From assembly GCA_965248575.1 (NCBI GenBank), contig CBDFJQ010000002.1, positions 4,800,001 through 4,864,000 on the forward strand: a stretch of DNA of 64,000 bases. Direction: 5' to 3'. Origin of the DNA: Planctomycetota bacterium (lineage in GTDB: Bacteria; Planctomycetota; B15-G4). This document shows, in pieces, positions 17,970 to 29,012 of the stretch (its first letter is position 1; each line of letters begins with the position of its first letter). The notes beneath the pieces are model-generated. The model did no database searches. It saw nothing but the letters and a program-made list of their open reading frames with translations, and was not told the DNA's origin. Made by a program: the position numbers and the translations under genes.

Positions 17970-19070
17970 ATGATCTCACTCAACCAGGCGGGGACCAGTT
18001 GGCCCAAGCCGGCTGCGGTTCAGGCTGCAGTTGCCGAGGCGTTGCGCGCGTCGCCTTCGGATTGGACGTCGACGTTTCAGTGGGCGCACGAGCTGGTTGC
18101 GGCGTCCTTTGGTATTGCTGACCCGGCGCGTTTGTTGCTGACACCGGCAGCCACGTCGGCGCTCGCCGTGGGGGTGAGCGACCATCCTTGGGAACGCGGG
18201 GATCGTGTGCTGGTGAGCGGGCTGGAACACCACGCAGTCCACAGGCCCGCCAGCCTCTTGGGCGAACGCGGCGTGGAGCTCGGCGTGATCCCTCGATCCG
18301 TCGACGCCCCCTTGGACCTCGGGCAACTACGGTCGTCGCTCGAAGAAGGGCGCGTCCGGCTCGTGGCCATGACCGCGGCCTGCAATGTGACGGGGGAGTT
18401 GTTGCCCGTCGCAGAAGTGGTCCGCCTGGCGCACGAGCACGGCGCCCTTTGCCTCATCGACGGTGCACAGGTGGTGGGCTGGTTGCCAGTCGATGTCCAG
18501 GCCTGGGGCGTGGACCTCTTCGCCTTCGCCGGCCACAAGGCCCTCCACGCGCCGTGGGGTCTTGGAGGGCTCTACGTCGCGCCCCATGTGTCCATGATTT
18601 CGCCCTCCGCAGTCTGCGAGCTTCCTGTCGACGGCGAAGCCGCCGTCTGCAATACGATGCCGGGCTACTGCGATGTGGGCTCTGTGGACCGGGTGGCCCT
18701 CGCTGGCTTGGCGGCCGCTCTCCAGTGGTTGGAGCAGGAGCAGCAGCTGCAGCGCTTGCTCCTCGCCCGGCAACGCATCGAACGCTTGACCAAGGCGCTC
18801 GAGGCACGCCCCGATGTGACCCTCTACGGCGCACGAGATCCCGAGCGACGTCTGCCAACTGTTGCGTTCACCATTCGGGGGCGCGACTCCACCCAGGTTG
18901 CCGCGGACTTCGCACGCGCCGGAATCCTGGTGGGGAGCGGCTTGCAGTGCGCACCGCTGGCGCACGAGAGCCTGGGCACCGCCCCCGAGGGCGTCGTCCG
19001 TCTCAGTGTTGGACCCATGCATTCTGACAGGGACATCGAGCATGTGTTGCGGGTCGTGGAGGACGTCTGA
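17970..19070 (+). CDS. Class V aminotransferase, cysteine desulfurase / selenocysteine lyase-like
   Basis: NQAGTSWPKP, LEHHAV, NVTG, IDGAQ, FAGHK (PLP lysine), GLQCAPLAH (catalytic Cys) and VRLS. Confidence 0.85.
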   Translation: MISLNQAGTSWPKPAAVQAAVAEALRASPSDWTSTFQWAHELVAASFGIADPARLLLTPAATSALAVGVSDHPWERGDRVLVSGLEHHAVHRPASLLGERGVELGVIPRSVDAPLDLGQLRSSLEEGRVRLVAMTAACNVTGELLPVAEVVRLAHEHGALCLIDGAQVVGWLPVDVQAWGVDLFAFAGHKALHAPWGLGGLYVAPHVSMISPSAVCELPVDGEAAVCNTMPGYCDVGSVDRVALAGLAAALQWLEQEQQLQRLLLARQRIERLTKALEARPDVTLYGARDPERRLPTVAFTIRGRDSTQVAADFARAGILVGSGLQCAPLAHESLGTAPEGVVRLSVGPMHSDRDIEHVLRVVEDV

Positions 19071-19289
19071 CCGGGGGCCGCCTGGGTAGGCCGGACCCGT
19101 CCGCGGCAAAGCCCCGTCAGAGAACCATGTGATCCGGAGAGACCGATCTCGAATTCTCGTGATTCAGGAGACGGCCGGCGGGGGATTCCGTCGCGGCCTG
19201 CTAGGGTTTTGAGCCCGCGCGAGGCGCTAGGCTGACGCCGTGCTCGCCTGAATCGGATGGCAGGAACGCTCACGACCCGGAGCTGCTTG

Positions 19290-20984
19290 ATGGACACGCT
19301 GACCAACCTCGTCGACGACCTCAACAGCATCGTCTGGGATTGGGGGATCACTGTTGCCGGGGAGACCATCCCCTTCGTGGTGATCGCGCTGTTGGGCACG
19401 GGGGTGTTCCTGGCCTTCCGTTTGCGCTTGATCCAGATACGGCATCTCGCACACGGCTTCGGTGTCACCACCGGTAAGTACGACGACCCCAACGAGCCGG
19501 GCGATGTGTCCCACTTCCAGGCCCTGACCACCGCCCTCTCGGCGACGGTCGGCATCGGCAACATCGCCGGTGTTGCCTTGGCCATCCATTGGGGCGGCCC
19601 GGGTGCGCTCTTCTGGATGTGGGTCACCGCCTTCCTCGGCATGGGCTTGAAGTACGCCGAGGTCACGCTGGCTCAGCACTTCCGCCAGGTGGAGAAGGAG
19701 GACAAGGACCCCACCGCCTGGGAGGGCTCGGTGTCGGGCGGACCCATGTACTACATCGAGCACGGACTGGGCCCGGCCTGGAAGCCCATGGCCATGTTCT
19801 TTGCGGGCGCCCTGCTTCTGACCTCCTTCTTGACGGGCAATGGCGTGCAGTCGAACACGGTGGCGGATGCCGTGCTGACCCAGTTTGGTCTGCCTGTCTG
19901 GGTGACCGGGTTGCTCACGGCCAGCGTCGTCTCCGTGGTGATCCTGGGTGGCATCAGCCGCATCGGCAAGGTGACGGGAATCCTGGCGCCGGTGATGGCG
20001 GCGATCTACGTCGCAGGGGCCGCGATCATCGTGGCCATGAATCTCGATCAGGTGCTGCCGACCCTGGAGCTGATCATGCGCGAAGCCTTCAACCCCACGG
20101 CAGGCGTGGCCGGCACGGGCATGGGCGCGATCCTGGTCACCCTCATGTGGGGTGTGCGTCGCGGCCTGTTCTCCAATGAAGCCGGGCAGGGTTCAGCGCC
20201 CATCGCCCACGCTGCTGCAAAGACCAATGAGCCGGTGTCTGAAGGCGTGGTCGCGTTGCTCGAACCGTTCATCGACACCATCGTGATCTGCACCATGACC
20301 GGACTGGTGATCCTGATGACGGGTGTCTGGGACGCCAAGTTCCCTACCGAACTGGTGATCGGCGGGGGTGACAGCTCGTACGTCACGGTCGATGCCGACG
20401 GCGGCATGGAGGAAGCCGACGAGCCGGAGAGCGTAGCGGTCGGTGCGGGGCTGCAGGCGGACGGCGTGAAGCTGGCCTGGCATGACGTGGCCGTAGATGT
20501 GTTGTTCACTGATGCTGAGCAGACCCGTCCCTTTACCGGGACGATCAGACCGGCTGACAACGTCGCTGTGGCTGCCGACAATTCGGAGTACAGCTCTCTC
20601 TACGGCAATGCGGTGGAGGCGGGCGCCCCGTTGACGCAAGCAGCCTTCCGCAAGGGCCTCGCACCGTTGGGCGACTGGGGGCACTTCATCGTGATCCTGT
20701 CAGTGATCCTGTTCGGGATCTCGACTGCGATCTCGTGGAGCTACTACGGCGATCGCTGTGCCAACTATATGTTCGGCAAGAAGGCGATCATGCCCTACAA
20801 GCTCGTGTTCATCGTGGCGCACTTCCTGGGAGCCGTCGTTAGCCTGAGCTTCGTTTGGACCTTGGGCGATGTCGCCTTGGGCATCGTGATCCTGCCCAAT
20901 CTGATCGCGGTGGTGATGCTCTCCGGCCTGGTGGTGAAGCTGACCAACAGCTATTTCGAGCGGAAGCCCTGGATCAAGAGCTGA
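19290..20984 (+). CDS. Alanine/glycine:cation symporter (AGCS family)
   Basis: ATVGIGNIAGVA..GGPGALFWMW, GGPMYY, RGLFSNEAGQGS and FIDTIVICT. Confidence 0.93.
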   Translation: MDTLTNLVDDLNSIVWDWGITVAGETIPFVVIALLGTGVFLAFRLRLIQIRHLAHGFGVTTGKYDDPNEPGDVSHFQALTTALSATVGIGNIAGVALAIHWGGPGALFWMWVTAFLGMGLKYAEVTLAQHFRQVEKEDKDPTAWEGSVSGGPMYYIEHGLGPAWKPMAMFFAGALLLTSFLTGNGVQSNTVADAVLTQFGLPVWVTGLLTASVVSVVILGGISRIGKVTGILAPVMAAIYVAGAAIIVAMNLDQVLPTLELIMREAFNPTAGVAGTGMGAILVTLMWGVRRGLFSNEAGQGSAPIAHAAAKTNEPVSEGVVALLEPFIDTIVICTMTGLVILMTGVWDAKFPTELVIGGGDSSYVTVDADGGMEEADEPESVAVGAGLQADGVKLAWHDVAVDVLFTDAEQTRPFTGTIRPADNVAVAADNSEYSSLYGNAVEAGAPLTQAAFRKGLAPLGDWGHFIVILSVILFGISTAISWSYYGDRCANYMFGKKAIMPYKLVFIVAHFLGAVVSLSFVWTLGDVALGIVILPNLIAVVMLSGLVVKLTNSYFERKPWIKS

Positions 20985-21156
20985 GCAGGGGGCGGTCAGA
21001 CACCCCGGCTGGATTCCCCCGGAAGGGTATTCCACACGGTTTCCAAGCCCGAGCTGCCTGATCCGGGGAGATTGAGGGGGATCCGGCTCAGGGGCGCAGT
21101 TTTCTCAGCGCTGACGGCCCTCAAGCTGCTCGGCACGGGCCGTCGATGACCCATGG

Positions 21157-23235
<2,079 letters not shown>

Positions 23236-23665
23236 GAGCTGGAGCAGGGCTGGGCCGTTTCTACGGTTGCAGCTCGACCCACTTGGCCTTGCCCCACTCG
23301 CCCCTCCCCGTCGCTGGTGCGAAGCTACGACGAAGGCGGATGAGGCGAAGTCATGCAGATCTTGATGCAACGCGAGGCTGCTGGGCGGTGTTACTTGCCT
23401 AGGGATTCCAGGTATTCAGGCGGTGGGGCACCTGACGGGACACCTTGTTCAAATGGGGGTTGCCGGCCCTGGTCTGCCACTTCACCATGAACATCGAATG
23501 AACGAGGTGTGCACGTGTGTTGTCGCGACGCACGTCGATCTGGAGGCTCAGCATGTTGGCTGGATACGATGAAGCTGGCGTCGACCGAGGCCTCTCACAG
23601 ATTGACCGATCTCAGCGCTCCACCCGCCCTTCGTTCCTACGGCTCCCGCGATTTGCAGGGCAGGT

Positions 23666-24661
23666 ATGACGGCCGAGCTCCAGTACCGAAGGGTCGTCCC
23701 GGAAGATGCCCTTTCGTTGCTGGCCTTGTTCCAGCGGGTCTTCCGCGAAGATGGGACGGGTGACCGAGGCAGCAAGACATGGCGCTGGCGCTTCGAGGAC
23801 CCTCCCCTGGGCAACGAGTCGTGCGTTGCCGAGCTTCGAGATGGGGGGGCCATCGTTGCACACGTGGGTGGGACACCCCACGCCACGGTGTGGGGCGGCG
23901 ATCTGCGGCGGACCATCGAGTGCGTGGACCACATGGTGGCCCCCGAGCTGCGTCGTGGGTTGCGCCGCAGCAGTGTCTTTGCTGCGCTCAAGCTCCAGTG
24001 GTTCGAGCAATACTGTGGGCGCGATCGAGACTTCCTGGCTTGGGGCTTTCCTTCGGAGTGCGACTTCCGGATCGGCAAGCGCTTCGCTGGGTATTCCTTG
24101 CTTCGCACCGTGAGCGTGCTCGTCTGTCAGGATCTCGCTGGCTTTGAACAGCCCATGTCCGTCCTGCTGCGACCTGGCGAGGGGTTCGGTGCCGAGGCGG
24201 ATGCGTTGTGGGCTCGTTGCCAGCCCAGCGTTGGCTACGGTGTGGTTCGGAACTCGGCACACCTTGCCTGGCGCTACGGTACCTGCCCGCACCAGAACTA
24301 CTTCCTGTTGGAGGCACGGGATGCCTCGGACGACTCCGTGCGAGGGCTGTGCGTCCTGAGGCAGGGCGGCCTCTCCCCGGACGTCGCGATGGTCATGGAG
24401 CTGTTGGTGCCCATCGAAGACGTGGATGCGCGACACGCCCTGTTGCGCGGTGCGGCGGCCTGGGCGGCCGACCATCAGCTTGGTGCGCTTGTGGCCTGGT
24501 TCCCTGAATGCACCGAGGAGTTCCTCTTCCTCCAGGACCTCGGCTTCAGGGTGCGCCCCACACGTATGATCGTGGCGGCGCGCACGTGGGACCCCTCGAT
24601 CCATCTGTCAGATGTGCGCAGCTGTTTCTACATGAGTTTTGGCGACATGGACGCATGGTGA
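23666..24661 (+). CDS. GNAT-family N-acyltransferase (two-domain)
   Basis: WRWRF..PP, DHMVAPELRRG (acyl-CoA motif A), WGFPS, RNSAHLAWRY..CP and a C-terminal GDMD. Confidence 0.75.
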   Translation: MTAELQYRRVVPEDALSLLALFQRVFREDGTGDRGSKTWRWRFEDPPLGNESCVAELRDGGAIVAHVGGTPHATVWGGDLRRTIECVDHMVAPELRRGLRRSSVFAALKLQWFEQYCGRDRDFLAWGFPSECDFRIGKRFAGYSLLRTVSVLVCQDLAGFEQPMSVLLRPGEGFGAEADALWARCQPSVGYGVVRNSAHLAWRYGTCPHQNYFLLEARDASDDSVRGLCVLRQGGLSPDVAMVMELLVPIEDVDARHALLRGAAAWAADHQLGALVAWFPECTEEFLFLQDLGFRVRPTRMIVAARTWDPSIHLSDVRSCFYMSFGDMDAW

Positions 24662-26250
24662 CGACAGCGCAGGTCATTCCCTTGCTCTATCCGCGAGCCG
24701 AGCCCGACTTCCCAGACCCCAGGAAGGTGCTGGGGCTTCCACTGTCCGTGCTCACCGTGGCGCGACCGCTTGTGGCCGCGGGTTTCGATGTCCGCATCGT
24801 GGATGAGAACGTGCTGCCCCGCGCCCGCGATCGACTTGAAGCCTTGGCGCGGCCGCTCTTCGTCGGCATCAGCTGTCTCGGCGGCGGGCAGATTCGGAGC
24901 GGCTTGGAGCTGGCGCGCACCAGCAAATCGCTGTGGCCGGATGTCCCCGTGGTGTGGGGTGGCTGGAGTCCGACCATGCTGCCTCATCTCTACGAGGATG
25001 ATGCGCTGCACGAGCTCGTGGACGTCGTGGTCCGCGGGCGCGGCGAGATCCCTGTCCTGGAGATCGCAAGGCGCCTGCAGGCCGGTCTCGACCTGGATGG
25101 AATCGTGGGGGTGTCGTGGCGCGATGACGCTGGTGCCCTCAGGCGCAATGCCGACGGTGTGCTGGATGACCCTCGAGAGGCAGCCCCCCTGCCCTTCGAA
25201 TTGGTGGATGACTGGGATGCCTACCTGACCGGCGACGGCATCCTCAACTTCATGTCGAGCTACGGTTGTCCGCATCGCTGCACCTTCTGTGGCATTCCCA
25301 CCCAGACCCAGACATTTCGACCCATGGAGCCGGCGCGTGTGGTCGAGCAGCTCCTGGAGACGCGCTCCCGGGGCATCCGTAGTGTCGTGTTCTACGACGA
25401 CAACTTCTTCACCTCGCGGGAACGGGTGCTCGAGCTTGCGCGGTGCCTGTCCGAGTCAAACAGCACGTTGGAATGGCACAGCAACGGCCGCATCGACCAG
25501 CTCGGCGCGCTGTCGGATGAAGAACTCGCGCTGATCCACAGCTCGGGGTGCCGCGGTATCAACGTCGGATATGAGACCGGCGATCAGCAGGTTGCGGACC
25601 GGGTCAAGAAGGACGTGCAGGTGGCAGATGTCTTCGAGTTGTCGCGGCGCTTGCACGAGGCGGGCATCCGGCTGAGCATCAACTTCATGGTGGGCCTGCC
25701 TGGGGAAACGTCGGAGAGCCTTGTGCGCTCCCTGGAGACCCTGCTGCGCATCCACGAGCTACATCCGGGTGTCGAGGTCTGTTGGTACATGTTCATGCCC
25801 GCACCCGAGACGGAGGCGTGGCGAGAGATGGTGAGGGACGGTGTGCTTACGGAGCCCGCGACCCTGCAGGAGCACATGCGTTACCAGACGATGTATCTGG
25901 AGCACCCTTGGTTCTACGAGAGTCCGGCGCGGGATGTGATGCGCGACGACCGCGACGACCTCAAGGCCATCACCTGGATCTTTCGCAAGGCCTGGGCTCC
26001 GCCGCCGCGCTCGCTCCTCCTACGACCCTTGGCTGCGCTTCATCGACAGTGGTGTCGTCGGCGCTTCGATGCCAGGCGCTTCGGGCTCACCCTCGATTGG
26101 CGGTTTGCGTTCCAGTGGAATGCCCTGCAAACGCGCGTGCGGTGGGGGTTGGCTCGCCTGGGTCGCCGGCGCTTCTTCGACCGCTTCAGGTCGAAGCCGA
26201 GGCGTCAAGCAACTGGTGTGCCCGGAGTGCACCCGGTGCCGCACGTGTAG
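24655..26250 (+). CDS. B12-binding domain radical SAM protein
   Basis: VVWGGWSPT and VRGRGE in the cobalamin domain, GCPHRCTFC (CxxxCxxC), DDNF, GYETG and FMVGLPGET. Overlaps the GNAT stop. Confidence 0.9.
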   Translation: MVTTAQVIPLLYPRAEPDFPDPRKVLGLPLSVLTVARPLVAAGFDVRIVDENVLPRARDRLEALARPLFVGISCLGGGQIRSGLELARTSKSLWPDVPVVWGGWSPTMLPHLYEDDALHELVDVVVRGRGEIPVLEIARRLQAGLDLDGIVGVSWRDDAGALRRNADGVLDDPREAAPLPFELVDDWDAYLTGDGILNFMSSYGCPHRCTFCGIPTQTQTFRPMEPARVVEQLLETRSRGIRSVVFYDDNFFTSRERVLELARCLSESNSTLEWHSNGRIDQLGALSDEELALIHSSGCRGINVGYETGDQQVADRVKKDVQVADVFELSRRLHEAGIRLSINFMVGLPGETSESLVRSLETLLRIHELHPGVEVCWYMFMPAPETEAWREMVRDGVLTEPATLQEHMRYQTMYLEHPWFYESPARDVMRDDRDDLKAITWIFRKAWAPPPRSLLLRPLAALHRQWCRRRFDARRFGLTLDWRFAFQWNALQTRVRWGLARLGRRRFFDRFRSKPRRQATGVPGVHPVPHV

Positions 26251-26573
26251 ACATGTCAACATTCCCATGAACCAGGGAACGGCCCTTCCGTTCGAGAAAG
26301 AACAATTCGAACGGGGGAAAGTGCGAACTGTGGCGCGCGATCGCCTGGGATCGGCGCGCACTGGTGAAAACAGCACCGGTTTCGTGAAAGACCTCCCACC
26401 CACGGCGCTCGATCTCGACTAGGGTGGAAGCCACGGGGATCGTGCCGCCGGCGTTGCACCGCGTCACAAGCGTCCGCTTGCCCCGCAGTCATTTCAGGGT
26501 CACTTCGCGTGCCTCCTGAGTTCGTGGGCCGCGACTTTCCCGGTGACCCGATCTCTAACCGGGAGAAGTAGTC

Positions 26574-27854
26574 ATGTTGTCTTCATTGCGTCGAGTTTTC
26601 TCTCTCGTGCCGGCGGCTCTCCTCGCTGGTGCTCTGCTTGTTTCGGGGCCTGTCGCCTCGGCACAAGGGGTCTGCACGGGCCCCGATGGTTTGGCAGGGC
26701 CTTGCTGCACTTCCACAGTCCCGAACCTGCCGCCCTTTCCACAAGTGGCCGTGGGCGGCCTCGGTATCTGTTGGAACAACTGCAATGTGTCTGCCACCCA
26801 GAATCTGCGGGTGACGTGGGCACCGCCCACAGAAGTGAAGTGCACCGAGTATGTGACCACCGTCACGGTGAGCGATTCCGCGACCGGCGCCCCAATCATG
26901 ATCGGCACCATGGTGTTGGACTACACCCGCACCTGGGATGAGATTTCTCCGGCAGGGATTCCACACCAGGTCTATCGTTTCGCCGCCAAGGCGGATCTCA
27001 GCTCGGTGGTTCCAGCGGGTGCCATTCCGCCGTGCCCACTTCCTTCCTGCCTGCCACCGATGGGCAACCAACCGACCGCGTTTTTCTACGGTTATGCGGA
27101 TTACTCGTGCTCGAGCGCTGCGCCTGGTACGGGCTTCGAGCCCGTGCTCGTGCTCTACCACGCGTGTGACCGCTTCATCCACAGGCCGGGCTTCTCGGAT
27201 CGCCCGGGGTCCTTCCATCCGGGTGGCTCCTACGCCATCGTGGCTCCGCACTCGACGGTGCAGCCGTTCACGCCTGCCAACATGCTGGCCCCCGCCGGCC
27301 CGTTGGTCGGTGAGGCAACCCGTGACATGCTGCCCCCGGTGGGTCCGCCGCCGTTCTTCTGCATCACCGAGGATCGTGTTGCTTCAGGTGCCATGACCCA
27401 GTTGGCAACAGGGTGTGTGTGCAACTTGACGACAGCAACGACTCATCACACCCTTCGGAAGTTCACGGGGACCACGAGTTGTGTGAACCCTGTCGGAGTT
27501 GCAGGTGGGTGGGCCTCCTTGGCCATCAACTTCCCGGTGAACCCTTGGTTCCACCTGGTGACATCGAGCATCGGGTTCTGGTCGACGCCCGGGCTCTATC
27601 CGGGCAACGAAAAGAGCTGGGTGGATGAAGGTGTCTTTGTGCATCAGAGCGCATGCACCGGTGACTTCGCCGAGCTGAAGTATGGCGGAACCACCCGCTC
27701 GGGTTGGCCGGTGATCCTGCCCTTCCCGGTTCCCGGCAACAAGTTCACGGACCTTGCGGACAACTACACGGCGCCGCTCACGGGGCCGTATCCGACGCCG
27801 ATTCTCGGGAGCATCCGCCCGACGGATCACCTCATCTACGTGAACTACCCGTAG
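26574..27854 (+). CDS. Secreted Cys/Pro-rich hypothetical protein
   Basis: GGAG upstream, signal peptide ending ASA-QG, 15 Cys residues, no recognised family. Confidence 0.75.
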   Translation: MLSSLRRVFSLVPAALLAGALLVSGPVASAQGVCTGPDGLAGPCCTSTVPNLPPFPQVAVGGLGICWNNCNVSATQNLRVTWAPPTEVKCTEYVTTVTVSDSATGAPIMIGTMVLDYTRTWDEISPAGIPHQVYRFAAKADLSSVVPAGAIPPCPLPSCLPPMGNQPTAFFYGYADYSCSSAAPGTGFEPVLVLYHACDRFIHRPGFSDRPGSFHPGGSYAIVAPHSTVQPFTPANMLAPAGPLVGEATRDMLPPVGPPPFFCITEDRVASGAMTQLATGCVCNLTTATTHHTLRKFTGTTSCVNPVGVAGGWASLAINFPVNPWFHLVTSSIGFWSTPGLYPGNEKSWVDEGVFVHQSACTGDFAELKYGGTTRSGWPVILPFPVPGNKFTDLADNYTAPLTGPYPTPILGSIRPTDHLIYVNYP

Positions 27855-27888
27855 TGGGGAGAGCCACTCGCCACGCGTGAGAGAATCC

Positions 27889-27919
27889 AGGGCCCCGGGC
27901 GACTCGCCCGGGGCCCTTT
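27889..27919. terminator. Hairpin terminator between convergent genes
   Basis: 13-bp perfect stem AGGGCCCCGGGCG / CGCCCGGGGCCCT with loop ACT and a short T run. Confidence 0.75.
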
Positions 27920-27935
27920 GCATCTCTTGTGCCCC

Positions 27936-29003
27936 TCAGCGGTCGACGATCACCTTGGCCAGGGCCTGTGCCATGAGGGTGCCCATGAGGTTCGCCCCCT
28001 GTCGCCCCAAGTGGGTAGGGTCCGAGCGTGCGGTCAGCTCATAGAGCGCTGGGTACGCCCGTGGTCGATTGAAGGCCAGCAAGCCGGGCAACTCACCCTT
28101 GGCAGCCAGGTGAAAGGCCATGGGGCGCGCCAGCATCTCTGGCAGGATCAGAGGGATGCGTTCGACACCCGCGCTTGAGAACAGCAGACGTTGCCGCTCC
28201 AGGCCCCGAGTCACCATCGAGGGAACGCTCCCGGTTGCAGAGTTGCGCGCGACGAGCTGCTCGAGTTGTTGGCCGTACTCCGTGCCGTCACCCAGGAATT
28301 CCGCGCGTTTCTTGTCCTCCTGCAACACATCGCGCCAGCGTGGCTGATGTCCACGGCCTTGCTCCAGCAACTCAAGCGCCTCTCGTTGTCGAGCGCTCCC
28401 CTGGTCGTTCCAGTGTGCGAGCAGTGCAGGTCCCTCACCCACGTTTCCCCAGGCGGAGAGCAATCCCTTGGTGTGTCTGCGCACACTGGCCCAAGGCACG
28501 GAGTTCAGGGGGTGGGTGACCAAACCGCTGAGCAGCTCCGTCACGATGGGCAAACGGTGCCAGCGACGTTCCCGGTCGGTGACGGGGTCCGCCTCACCGT
28601 ACTCGGAGAGCAGGTACGGGCGCCATTCGAGTACGACCCACCGCAGGCGCTTGGGTTGCATGGCGAGGATGTCGTTCAGAAGCGCCTCCGTGGCCCAGGC
28701 ATCCATGCCCAAGGCGCCGAAATTGAAGGAGCTGAAGGCAAGCCCGCGTCGTTCCAAGGCGGCGTCGATGTGTGCTGGAACAAGCGAGTAGAGCACCTGG
28801 CTTGAGCCCACATAGATGGCGTCGAAGTCATCCTTGTGCGCTTCGAAGTAGTCGAGCTTGTCTTGCAGGGAGTGCTTGTTGGGCCAGGGCAGCAGGGAGT
28901 GGATCCCGGAGGCCGTGGCCCCAAGGGCAGTCAAGCTGACGGCTAGGAGACATGCCGCGCGCAACAGCCGGGGGCGTCGAGGAGATTCCAGGGGTCGGCT
29001 CAC
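27936..29003 (-). CDS. Membrane-anchored SGNH-like protein (DltD/AlgJ-like)
   Basis: N-terminal TM, YVGSS (block I), SFNFG, and C-terminal DPTHL...GA (DxxH). Confidence 0.6.
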   Translation of the reverse strand: MSRPLESPRRPRLLRAACLLAVSLTALGATASGIHSLLPWPNKHSLQDKLDYFEAHKDDFDAIYVGSSQVLYSLVPAHIDAALERRGLAFSSFNFGALGMDAWATEALLNDILAMQPKRLRWVVLEWRPYLLSEYGEADPVTDRERRWHRLPIVTELLSGLVTHPLNSVPWASVRRHTKGLLSAWGNVGEGPALLAHWNDQGSARQREALELLEQGRGHQPRWRDVLQEDKKRAEFLGDGTEYGQQLEQLVARNSATGSVPSMVTRGLERQRLLFSSAGVERIPLILPEMLARPMAFHLAAKGELPGLLAFNRPRAYPALYELTARSDPTHLGRQGANLMGTLMAQALAKVIVDR

Positions 29004-29012
29004 GCTTCCACT

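Noticed and set aside
19071..19289. Glycine riboswitch upstream of the alanine/glycine symporter (GGAGAGACC near 19136; TTCAGG near 19163)
   Set aside because: The conserved CCGAAG and CTCTCAGG elements and the tandem aptamer layout are not present. An Rfam scan would settle it.
21003..21095. Imperfect long inverted repeat after the symporter (REP/MITE-like)
   Set aside because: Single copy, imperfect pairing and no target duplication. At most a terminator-like structure.
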